64,000 bases of DNA from Cenarchaeum sp. (GTDB lineage: Archaea; Thermoproteota; Nitrososphaeria; Nitrososphaerales; Nitrosopumilaceae): assembly GCA_965242695.1 (NCBI GenBank), contig CBDESU010000001.1, positions 1,760,001 to 1,824,000 on the forward strand. The letters are read 5' to 3'. The notes under the pieces were generated by a model, which saw only the letters and a list, made by a program, of their open reading frames with translations, was not told the origin of the DNA and did no database searches. A program made the position numbers and the translations under genes. Positions 47,993 to 57,900 of the stretch are shown piece by piece. How positions within the stretch are numbered: the first letter of the stretch is position 1; each line of letters opens with the position of its first letter.

Positions 47993-48004
47993 CCTCCGCG
48001 GCCC

Positions 48005-48568
48005 CTAGCCGGGCGCCCGGCGGATTCCGGATCCCGGGAGCCCGGGCCGCCGCGCCGCGAGCGCGGCCGCCGCTACCGAGGCGGCGAGCACCGCGGCCGA
48101 GGCGGCGAACTCGGGCAGGTACGTCGTGCCCACGATGTCGAGCGTGTGGTCGCCGCCGCCGGAAAACTCGATTGTGGCGAACGCGATGCCGCTGCCGTTG
48201 CGCACGCGCGCCTGTATGGGCTCGCCGTCCAGGTGGAACGTCAGGTTTCCCCCTATGAGGTCCGACGGAATTGTAATCTCGGCGAGGTTCTCCGAGACGG
48301 CCCCCTCGATGTGCAGCGTGAGCCTCTTTTCCTCGGCGCTGAACTCGTGGCCAGTTACCGCAAACGTCGACGTCGCGACCACCTCGAACTCGTACCCGCC
48401 CGTGTGCACCGCAACGACCTGCCGCAGGCCCGGGTCGTCAAGCGCGTGCACCGCTGCCGGCGCATGGGCGGCCAGAGCCGCGGCGGCCGCGGCCAGCAGC
48501 GCGGGCAGGAAAATTCGCCGCACGCTGCGGTTCCCTGCCAGGCGGCATCCCGCGCCCGCGCCGGACAT
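48005..48568 (-). CDS. secreted protein with PEF(G)-CTERM-like sorting signal
   Basis: Signal peptide, EITIP..L..G, terminal IVGTTYLPEF plus TM and RR. Confidence 0.75.
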   Translation of the reverse strand: MSGAGAGCRLAGNRSVRRIFLPALLAAAAAALAAHAPAAVHALDDPGLRQVVAVHTGGYEFEVVATSTFAVTGHEFSAEEKRLTLHIEGAVSENLAEITIPSDLIGGNLTFHLDGEPIQARVRNGSGIAFATIEFSGGGDHTLDIVGTTYLPEFAASAAVLAASVAAAALAARRPGLPGSGIRRAPG

Positions 48569-48573
48569 GTCGC

Positions 48574-49032
48574 TCAGGCCGAGCGCGTGACGACGCGCCT
48601 GCGCATCTCGGGATCCTTTGCGACGCGCGGGTGCTCGGGGTCGGCCATGATCACCTCGAACCAGTAGTGCGCCCCGTCCTTGTAGATGTAGTACGATCCG
48701 AGCAGCCTCATGTTCGGGTGCCGCTCCATGGCGCGCCGCTCGGCGACCTGCCTCATGCTCACGTCGGCCTTTATCCGCGTGACGCCGAGGTGCTTTGGCC
48801 TGCGGCCGCCGCGCGGCCGCTTTCGCCTCATGCCGCCCGTGCCGACCCGCATGCGCACGACGATCACTCCCTGCTTTGCCTTGTACCCGAGCCGATGGGC
48901 CCTCTGCGGGCGGGTCGGCCTGTCTAGCCGCACGAGGGCGGGCTGCCGGCGCCACTCGACTACACGGTCGCGCAGGTGCTGCGGGTTGTCCCGCCACAGG
49001 CCTGCCCATATGCGATCCTGCCGCGCCGCCAT
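48574..49032 (-). CDS. rpl15e: 50S ribosomal protein L15e
   Basis: RPTR..RA.RLGYKAKQG, GRRPK..G, AERRA...HPNM.LL.SY, WFEVIM.DP.HP. Confidence 0.96.
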   Translation of the reverse strand: MAARQDRIWAGLWRDNPQHLRDRVVEWRRQPALVRLDRPTRPQRAHRLGYKAKQGVIVVRMRVGTGGMRRKRPRGGRRPKHLGVTRIKADVSMRQVAERRAMERHPNMRLLGSYYIYKDGAHYWFEVIMADPEHPRVAKDPEMRRRVVTRSA

Positions 49033-49324
49033 GGACGGCCGGCCCGCCGGCCCTTAATATCTAAAACGAAGGGGGGCGTTCCGGGCCGCCGGCGCCGCCG
49101 GGTGCGGCGCGGCGCGGGAGGGCGTCCTGCAGCGCCGGGGCTAGGCCGCGCCCGCGGCGGCCCTGACGCCCGGGCGCGCCGCACGCGGCCGGCGGGCGGC
49201 GCCAATATGCCTGAACGTAGGCGTGCCGTCCTTAACCAAAGTACCCTTTATTTATATAGGGCATTTTGGCGCCCCCGCCCGTTGGCCCGCAAAAGGGGGA
49301 TGGCTCGACCGCGTCTCGCTGCGG

Positions 49325-51295
49325 ATGCTCGGCAGCCAGTGGGCCTTTGTGTTCAGCCTGTTCTACGACCTTGAAGAGGCCGGCGCCCGCCTGGACCCGC
49401 TCATCCGAAGGTACCTCCCGATCGCCATCGCAACGTGCCTAGAGCTGTTCTACCGCCAGGTCGGGCAGCGCCTGTTCGATGCGCGCGCCCACATGCACAC
49501 CCCCGTCAACATCAGCATCACGCTCGCCGGCATGGACGAGTTCCGGCGCGTCTTGGGCCTCTTCAAGCATGCTGACCTGTTCTGGCACAACCGCAGGGTC
49601 CAGGGCGTCGACGACATAAAGTCGATCCAGGCCGAGCTCGGCATGGACAGCGTGTTCAAGGGCGACCCAAAGCTGCTCGACGTGTCGCACCAGATGTACG
49701 GCGTGCGCAACGACAACGCGCACGGGGCCGGCGCCAGGTGGTACGACGTGCGCCTGTTCCTGTGGGCGCTGCGCATGCACTTTGAAAAGGTCTTGGCGCA
49801 GCTGCCTCCCCTGCTCGCCGTCTTTTGGCTGATCGGAGCAGGCAGGGCCGACCGGCGCGGCGATCGTGATGCCGCCGTCGGGCTCTACCGCAGGGCGGCC
49901 GAGGAGGCAGACGCCGCGGCCGCGGCCGGCGCCGACCCGTCGGCGTGCCACGTGATCGCCGGCAAGGCGGCAGAGTGGTCGGGCGATCCGGAAGAGGCCG
50001 AATCGCGGTACGGGAAGGCGATTGCGGCAAATTCCGGCAACGCAAACGCGCACGCCGCCATGGGGTGCATGCTAGCGCAGTCCGGCCGCGCGGACGGCGC
50101 GCTCGCCGAGTACGACAGGGCCGTCGAGATCGAGCCCGGCTACGCTAGTGCGCACATGGGCAGGGGTCACGTCCTTGCGCGCCTTGGCCGGGCGGCCGAG
50201 GCGCTTGAAAGCTACCAGAAGGCGGCCGAGGCCGACCCTCTGGATGCAGAGGCGCATATCGCGGCAGGTGCCGTTCACGAGTCGCAGGGGCGGGCGGCGG
50301 AGGCGCTTGAAAGCTACCGGCGGGAGGCGGAGGCGGACCCGGCCGAACCAGAGGCGCACATTGCGGCCGGCCGAGTGCACGAGTCGCAGGGGCGGGCGGC
50401 GGAGGCGCTTGAAAGCTACCGGCGGGCGGCGGAGGCGTATCCAAAGGATGCCGAGGCGCACATTGCGGCAGGGGCCGTTTACGAGTCGCAGGGGCGAGTC
50501 GCCGAGGCGCTCGAGTTCTACCGGAAGGCGGCGGAGGCGTATCCAAAGGATGCCGAGGCGCACATTGCGGCAGGGGCCGTTTACGAGTCGCAGGGGCGAG
50601 TCGCCGAGGCGCTCGAGTTCTACCGGAAGGCGGCGGAGGCGTATCCAAAGGATGCCGAGGCGCACATTGCGGCAGGGGCCGTTTACGAGTCGCAGGGGCG
50701 AGTTGCCGAGGCGCACATTGCGGCAGGGGCCGTTTACGAGTCGCAGGGGCGAGTTGCCGAGGCGCTCGAGTTCTACCGGAAGGCGGCGGAGGCGGATCCA
50801 AAGGATGCCGAGGCGCACATTGCGGCAGGGGCCGTTTACGAGTCGCAGGGGCGAGTTGCCGAGGCGCTCGAGTGCTACCGGAAGGCGACGGAGGCGGATC
50901 CAAAGGATGCCGAGGCGCACATTGCGGCAGGGGCCGTTTACGAGTCGCAGGGGCGAGTTGCCGAGGCGCTCGAGTGCTACCGGAAGGCGACGGAGGCGGA
51001 TCCAAAGGATGCCGAGGCGCACATTGCGGCAGGGGCCGTTTACGAGTCGCAGGGGCGAGTTGCCGAGGCGCTCGAGTGCTACCGGAAGGCGGCGGATGCT
51101 CTCGACAAGAGGCAGGGCGGCGCGGCTGAACCCACGCAAGGCCGAAGAGCCGCGTTTGATCCGGCCGGCGCAAGGGATGCGGCCGGCCTCGCACTGGACC
51201 GGCTGCGCAAAAGGCAGGGCCGGCTCCGCGATGCGGGCGACATGGCAAGGCATATTAGGCACACGCGGAGGGGCCGTAACGATGGAAGGAAATGA
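49325..51295 (+). CDS. HEPN-domain protein fused to a C-terminal TPR array
   Basis: N-terminal IAIATCLELFYR helix and Rx4H motif RNDNAH, followed by about 12 TPRs; start uncertain; AT-rich tttatttatata near 49247. Confidence 0.75.
   Translation: MLGSQWAFVFSLFYDLEEAGARLDPLIRRYLPIAIATCLELFYRQVGQRLFDARAHMHTPVNISITLAGMDEFRRVLGLFKHADLFWHNRRVQGVDDIKSIQAELGMDSVFKGDPKLLDVSHQMYGVRNDNAHGAGARWYDVRLFLWALRMHFEKVLAQLPPLLAVFWLIGAGRADRRGDRDAAVGLYRRAAEEADAAAAAGADPSACHVIAGKAAEWSGDPEEAESRYGKAIAANSGNANAHAAMGCMLAQSGRADGALAEYDRAVEIEPGYASAHMGRGHVLARLGRAAEALESYQKAAEADPLDAEAHIAAGAVHESQGRAAEALESYRREAEADPAEPEAHIAAGRVHESQGRAAEALESYRRAAEAYPKDAEAHIAAGAVYESQGRVAEALEFYRKAAEAYPKDAEAHIAAGAVYESQGRVAEALEFYRKAAEAYPKDAEAHIAAGAVYESQGRVAEAHIAAGAVYESQGRVAEALEFYRKAAEADPKDAEAHIAAGAVYESQGRVAEALECYRKATEADPKDAEAHIAAGAVYESQGRVAEALECYRKATEADPKDAEAHIAAGAVYESQGRVAEALECYRKAADALDKRQGGAAEPTQGRRAAFDPAGARDAAGLALDRLRKRQGRLRDAGDMARHIRHTRRGRNDGRK
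50195..51095 (+). repeat. 102-bp near-identical tandem repeats (TPR units), including one 51-bp half unit
   Basis: AEALE.YRKA.EA.PKDAEAHIAAGAVYESQGRV repeated about eight times; half unit near 50705-50755. Confidence 0.95.
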
Positions 51296-51479
51296 CGACG
51301 CGGCACAGATGGCGCCGATGACCGCAGAGGAAAAGGCCGAGTTCGACAAGGAGCGGGAGGATCAGCACCGCCGACTCCGCGAGCGGTTCAAGAGGAGGCT
51401 TGACGAAAGCATCAAGCAGAGGATCGACCAGAGGATCGACCAGAGGATCAACGACCGCATATACTCCGTCTGGGACTAG
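51282..51479 (+). CDS. small charged helical protein
   Basis: 65 aa, overlaps the HEPN-TPR stop; 12-bp repeats encoding QRID-QRID-QRIN; followed by a T11 tract. Confidence 0.55.
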   Translation: MEGNDDAAQMAPMTAEEKAEFDKEREDQHRRLRERFKRRLDESIKQRIDQRIDQRINDRIYSVWD

Positions 51480-51540
51480 ACGCCGAGGGGCGGCTCTCCC
51501 CCTGTCGTCCGCAGCAGGTGCGCAGGGGGCGGGCGGTCGG

Positions 51541-51551
51541 TTTTTTTTTTT
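51541..51551 (+). terminator. oligo-T archaeal terminator candidate
   Basis: Run of 11 T about 60 nt after the small ORF, in a GC-rich context. Confidence 0.5.
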
Positions 51552-51609
51552 GCGGGCGGCCCCGCACCGGACGTGCCCAGCGGCCAACAGGCTGCCGCCG
51601 CCAGGCAAC

Positions 51610-51905
51610 CAATTGCAGATCGGCCGCGCATTTCCGAGGATGCTCGGCGGCGGGGCGCGATCTGCATGCGGTGCGGCGGCCGAGGACCCGTCGCACAGCA
51701 AGGCGCATATTGCCGCAGGCAGGGTGCACGAGGCGCAGGGGCGGGCGGCGGAGGCGCTTGAAAGCTACCGGAAGGCGGCCGAGGCGGATCCGTCGTACGG
51801 CAAGGCGTACATTGCCGCCGGGGCCGTGCACGAGTCGCAGGGTCGGGCGGCGGAGGCGCTCAGCAGGGGGCAGGGCTGCGCGGCCGAATCCGTGCAGAGC
51901 TGCGG
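51610..51905 (+). pseudogene. internally deleted paralog of the HEPN-TPR gene
   Basis: GRAFPRMLG resembles DRVSLRMLG at the gene start, then jumps to ~1.7 TPRs (DPSHSKAHIAAGRVHEAQ, DPSYGKAYIAAG) and a tail QGCAAES resembling QGGAAEP. Confidence 0.65.
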
Positions 51906-51955
51906 CCGTTCCTCCTGCCTCGCCATTGCGGCGCGGCGCCCCACGCCGGCGAGCA

Positions 51956-54900
51956 TCACCGAGAGGCTTGAATGCGCCGCCCCGACCGCCGGCGGCGGCG
52001 CGCGGCCATCGCCGCTCCCGCCCCCACCGCAGCCAGCCCGGCGCCTGCGGCGGCCGGAACGCCGGCGTACAGCCCCGCCGCAAGCAGGGCGGCGGCCGCG
52101 CCGTGCGCCAGCACGGACGCGTCCGAGCCGTGGTCGGCCAGGGCTGCGGCCTGGAGCGCGTACAGCAGCGGCGCGATCAGGGCCGCAACCGCCTGCCGGA
52201 CCGCCGGATGCTCGCGCTCCATGTCCGCCACGTGCGGCGAAAAGGAATAGTATGCGGCCGAGAATGCCGGCATGATCGCCCGGCCGTGCCCCGTCGACAT
52301 GAGCGTCTCGTCCCTGTACTCGCGCAGCGCCTGCACCTGCGGTGCAAGCTCGGTCCCGTGCGCCGCGGTGGCGATCAGGCAGCCGCCGCCGGCGGCGCCG
52401 CCTGCGCCCGGCGCGGCAGGCTCGGGCTCGGCATTCCCGTCCCGTACCTGCGCTCCCTGCCCGCCGGCGCCGTCCGGCACGCAGCGCCCGTCGCGCAGGG
52501 CCATGCCGTCCCTGCATACGATGCCGTCCCCGGCGTCGGCCCCGTCCACGGCGGACGCTGCCGCCTCTAGGTGGGCCTCGACGCAGCCCTGGGCCGCGCC
52601 GACGGCCTCGCATATGTCGGCGTACTGAGGGTGCGCCGTCCCGAACCACTCGCGGTAGTCTGCCTGCTCTGCGTACCGCTTGACGTAGTATACGGCGCCG
52701 CGGCCCTCTTCCATCTCGAACGCCGGGCGCCCGTCCGCAGAGGATTTCGGCGCCGGATCCTGGCGTGCCGGAGTGGCATCGCTGCCGGGTGCCGCCCCGC
52801 CCGGCGCAGTGGCCGCGGGTTCGGCCTCTGGCACAGCCCCGGGCGAATCAAGCGGGCCGGCGGCGCCCGCATCGCCGTCTGGTCGGGGTCCCGTCCCCGC
52901 GCCGCCGCCTGACCCGGCCCCTGCCCCGAGCTGCTCAAACACGGCCTCGCCCGCGCAGGCGCCGCCCGTGCGCACCACCTCGGATGCCGTCGAGACGACC
53001 CTGCCGTCGGCCGAGACGGCCCTGATGGACAGTATGGAATCGTCTGGCAGGGGCGCCTCGTAGACTGCCAGGCCCGGCGCGCCCTGCAGCGCGGCCCGCT
53101 CGGCTACCGCCGACCCGCCGGACGAGAGGACGGTGACGGCAGGCTCGGACTCGCCGGCGCCGACGACTATGCGCATCGTCCCGTCGCTGCAGTCCCATGC
53201 GGCAGAGTGGAGTACGACGGCCGAGGGGCCCGCAGGGAGCGGCGATCCGCCTCCGCCTCCGCCCCTGCCGCCTCCTATTCCTACGCCCCCGCCGGAGGAT
53301 CCGCCGCCCGGTGCGCCGCCTCCCCCGCCGAGGAACGGCGCGGCCGGCGGCGCCGGGGCCGCACCCGACGGCCCGGCGGCCGGCGGCACGACCACGACGG
53401 CCGGCGGCTGGACCGCGGGCGGGCGGGCGGGCGGCGAGTCGACGGGCGCATCGGCCGCGCGCGCGGTGCCGAACAGGGTCAGGTGGTACGTGTATACGAC
53501 CTTGTCGCCGGCTTCGTCCAGGTCGATCTGGCACTCGCCGGCGCCGCCGAGCTGCGCATGCACAGGCGCAGTGCCGTCGGCGGCGCACATGGTGCCGATC
53601 GGCACGACCGCCCCGCTCGTGGCATTCACGTAGAACGCGCTGCCGCCGGCCTGGCCCGTCAGCCGTATCCGCACGGGCAGGTCGAATACGATGTGGGCGT
53701 CCGGATCGCCGACCTCGACCAGCAGTCCGAGCTCGAGCCTTGCGGGATCTAGGCCGAGCGCCTCGGCCACCCTCCCGCGCGGGAGCCCCTCGCCTGACAC
53801 GTACAGCTCGATCCTGCCGTCGGCCGGGACGTACGAGGCCGTCGCGTTCGGCGGGAACGAGACCTCGGCAAACGATGTGATGATCCTGACCTCGGCATCG
53901 CCTGGGAACACGGCGGTACCGTTGCCGCTGCCGGCGCCGGCGCCGGCCCCGGGGGCGCCGCCCCCCGGCGGGGCCGCCGGCGGCCGTACCTGCACCAGGC
54001 CCGTCACGTTGATCGCCGGGCGCGCCGCGTCGCCGGCGCCCGTCGCGTTGACCGTCCTTGCAAAGGTGTCGACGCCGACCTCGACGATCCTTTCGGGATC
54101 GGACGGCGGCACGACGACCGTGCTGAACCGCTCGCCGGGGCCGACCGGCAGGGTGCCGTTCGGGAACCATACCTGCGTGCCGTCTGCCGCGATCGCCGCC
54201 TCCAGGTCGAAGGACACCTCGATCGAGCCTCCCTGCCCGGCGCCGACGGGGGCGCCGCCGAACCGGACCGTGTGCACTGCGGTCCCGATCCCCTCCTCTG
54301 AGACCACATCCCGTACGGACGGCCTGGAGGCGCCCTCCGATGCGACCGCGACGGCCCCGTACGCTGGGCGGGCGCCTGCGGACGGCGGCAGTCCGAGTGC
54401 CGCCGAGTACTCTACTACGACCGTGCTCGGGGAGGCAAACGCCGCGCTCGCCGTTGCCCGCACGCGCGCCGGCGGCCCCTGGCCGTCCGCAAGCCCCTGC
54501 TCGAGTACCCCGGCACCGGCTGCGTTTCCGGCCCCGTCGCCCACCAGGGACAGGTCGATCGCAACCGAGCCGGCGGTGCGCAGCGGGGCCGGCGCGCCGC
54601 CGAACCCGATGCCGTGCTCCCGCGCAAGGCCCTCCGTGAACGACTCTATCGTGCGGGGGCCGCCCGGCTCTAGTTCGAGGCTCGAGTACGCCGGCGGGTC
54701 GGCGCTGGCAAGAACCGGCTCCGTATACCATACGGTCGCGCTGCTGCCGCCCGTGATCGCCGCGCGCTCCACCTCTGGCGCGATCCCGTCGGCGATGTCC
54801 CGCACGGTGGCGGGGCCAAGCTCGTTGCCGGATGCGTCCCGGACGGCGCCGCCGGCGTACGACAGGACCACCTCGTCGGGGAGCGTGTCGGCCAGGCTGC

Positions 54901-57900
54901 CATCGAGCACGAGCGCCAGCGCCGCCTCCGACACGGCCGACATGGACGCGACCGCGCTTGCGGCTGCCGCATCGGCGCCGCCCACGTGCCAGCCGCCGGC
55001 CCCGCCGGCCCCGCCGCCGTCCACGACGGCCTCGCTGAAGTTCACCCGCAGCTCTGTGCGCGAGACGGCCGCGGCACTGTCGATCATGGGCGGCTGGCCG
55101 TCGGCCAGCGCCCTGGATACGGCCCCCGGCGCAAGCTGCCTGCCGTCCTGGTCGGCGACGGACGGCCCGTCGACGGAGATGGTGCCGGTCGCGTCGGTCG
55201 CATTGGTTTCGGGGGCAAATGCGAGCTCGTGCGTCCTCGCATCGCTCCACCCAGACTCCTGCAGTACGGTGCGCGGCGCCCCGTCGACGACGAGCGAGTG
55301 GTACGCCGACGGCGGCGCCGATGCGGGGCGGCTGTACTCTATCTCGACCGTGCCGGGCCCCGCGACCCTGGCCGAGACGATCGTGGGCGACCTGCCGTCG
55401 AACAGTGCCCTGACGCTCGTCGCGTTCTCGCCAAGCGCGTTCCGCCCGCCGGCCAGGTCGAGCACGGCAGTCTCGTCCACGACGATCGTACCGCTCGCGT
55501 GCACGGGTATGGCCGAGTCCAGCCCGACGACGTGCAGCGCCGTGTTGTTGCCCTCGAACCTCGTGATCACGGGCGGCGCATCGACCGTGTCGACGGCCAG
55601 CCCCGAGTAGGCAGACGGCCCGGCCGCCACGGGCTCGCTGTAGCGCACCTCGACGGTGTCGTTCCACATGAACGCGGACAGCACGATCTCGGGGCGCTGG
55701 CCGTCGGCCAGGGCCAGTTCGGCATCCCCCGTTCCCAGCGCGATGCCGGCCCTGTCGAGCAGCCTTTCCCGGTCGACGGCAAGCATGCCCGTCGCGTTTG
55801 CCGCGGCGGCCGGTTCGCCGAACGTGAGCGAGTGGACTGCCGAAAAGCCGCCGCCTTCGGGGCCCGACGGCGCGCGGGGGCCGCCGGCTGCGAGGTCCAG
55901 CATCCCGTACGCGTCAGGATCCCTGGCGACGGGCTCGCTGTACACGATCGTCAGCACGCTGCCGCCGGTGATGCGCGCCGACTCGACGGCCGGCCTCTGG
56001 CCGTCGGCGACGGCCACCCGCCGGGGCGCCCCCATCGCATTGCCGGCCTCGTCGGCAATCCGGCTCCCGTCCACTGCAAGCGTCCCGTTCTCGCCCGTCG
56101 ATGCAGCCGGACTGCCGAACCCGACGGTATGGGTGTCCGAGGCGCCGGATTCCACGGGATCGCCCGGCTCGGGCGAGCCGCCCGCCGAAAGATCCAGCGA
56201 GGTGTACGCGCCCGACTCCCAGACGACAGGCTCGCTGTACGCGACGGTCAGGCTGTTGCCTGCCACGAGGGAGGCCGACACCGGCTCGGGCGGTATGCCG
56301 TCGGCGATCGTCCGGGCCGAGACGCGGCCCAGGGCGTTGCCTGCCGCATCCTCGATCAAGCCGTCCCCGTACGAGAGGTCTGCGCTAGGGAGCGTGCCGT
56401 TCAGGCCCCCGTCGAGCGTCAGTACGAGCGCCGGCAGGGGCGACGAGAGATCGGACCTGGACGCGACGGTGCTGCCGCCCGCATCCCGGCCGTCCACGCG
56501 CCAGCCGCCGGACCCGCCGGCGTCCGACGCGTCGCGGACGGGCTCGTCAAACGCAACCCGTATCTGCGTGCGAGACAGGGCGGTGGCGCCGATCACGCCA
56601 GGCTCTTGGCCGTCGGCCAGCGTGCGGTTTACGGGAGCCAGTCCGAACGGCCGGTCGTCCGCGTCTACGACGGCCGGCCCGTCGATGAGTATCGAGCCGG
56701 TCGCGTTCGGCGCCGCCCCCGCGGGGTCGAGGGACAGCGTGTGGAACCTCGTGCCGTTCCAGTCGTCCGGCGGGGCCGATGGCGCCCGGCCAATTCCGTC
56801 GACGACGATCGCCTGGTAGGCCGACAGCGGGGCGAACGCGGGCCTGCTGTACTCGATCACGGCCTCGCCGGATCCCGTGACCCTGGCAGAGACGATCGTC
56901 GGGGCCCTGTCGTCGTAGATGTCCTGCCGCAGCGGGTCGTCTCTGGCCAGGCTGTTTTGCCCGCCGGCCAGGTCGAGAACGGCGGTTGCGTTTATTGTCA
57001 GGGTGCCCGCCACGTTGTTCGGCGCCGCCGTGTCGAACCCGATTACGTGGACGTGCGTCGAGTTGCCCGTAAAGTTCCTGATCGCGTGGGCGGAGCTGAG
57101 GGACGTTTCATGGGACGTCAGCGTCAGCGACCGGTACGCCGATAGAGGCGCCGCTACGGGCTCGCTGTACTGGACGGTGATGTTGTTCGATCCCGTGACG
57201 GCCGACGACTTGATCTCGGGCCGCTGGCCGTCGGCCACCATCTCCCGGGACGACGCGTTGCCGCCTAGCGCGTTGCCGGACACGTCCTCCAGCCCAGTCT
57301 GGTTCACGATGAGCGTTCCGGTCGCGTTGTCGGCCGCCGCCTCGTCGCCGCCGAACGTGACCGTGTGGAGGCTCGAAGCGCCGATGCCCGCCACGCCGAT
57401 CGGCGCGCGGGGGCCGTCGGGGCCCAGATCGAGCGTCCCGTACGCGGCAACGTTCCTGCCTACGGGCTCGCTGTACAGGATCTCAATCTTGAATTCGTCC
57501 ACGACCTCGGCGGACAGTATTCTGGGGGCGATGCCGTCGCCCACGGCCCTTTGCGGCACGTCGGGCAGTGCGATGCCGGCCGCATCCCTGACGGTGGCGG
57601 TGCCGTCGTCTCCGTATGACAGCTTGATTCCGGACGGGTTGTCGGAGGATAGGTTTCCGCTCAGCCCGAGCTCGAGGACGTGCGAGCCGGCTCCCGAAAT
57701 GTCCGACCTGGACGACACCTGCGGGCCGCCGGTTCCCGTCGCGGTCCAGCCGCCGGCGTCCGACGCGGACCATGCGGCGCTGACGGTCTCGGTGAATGTG
57801 ACCTCTATCCGGTCGCGCGACACGGCCGCGGCCGCGGCTATCGCGGGGGGCTGGCCGTCCTTGACCTGCTGCCCGAGCGACTCGGTCCCGCCCGCCGCGT

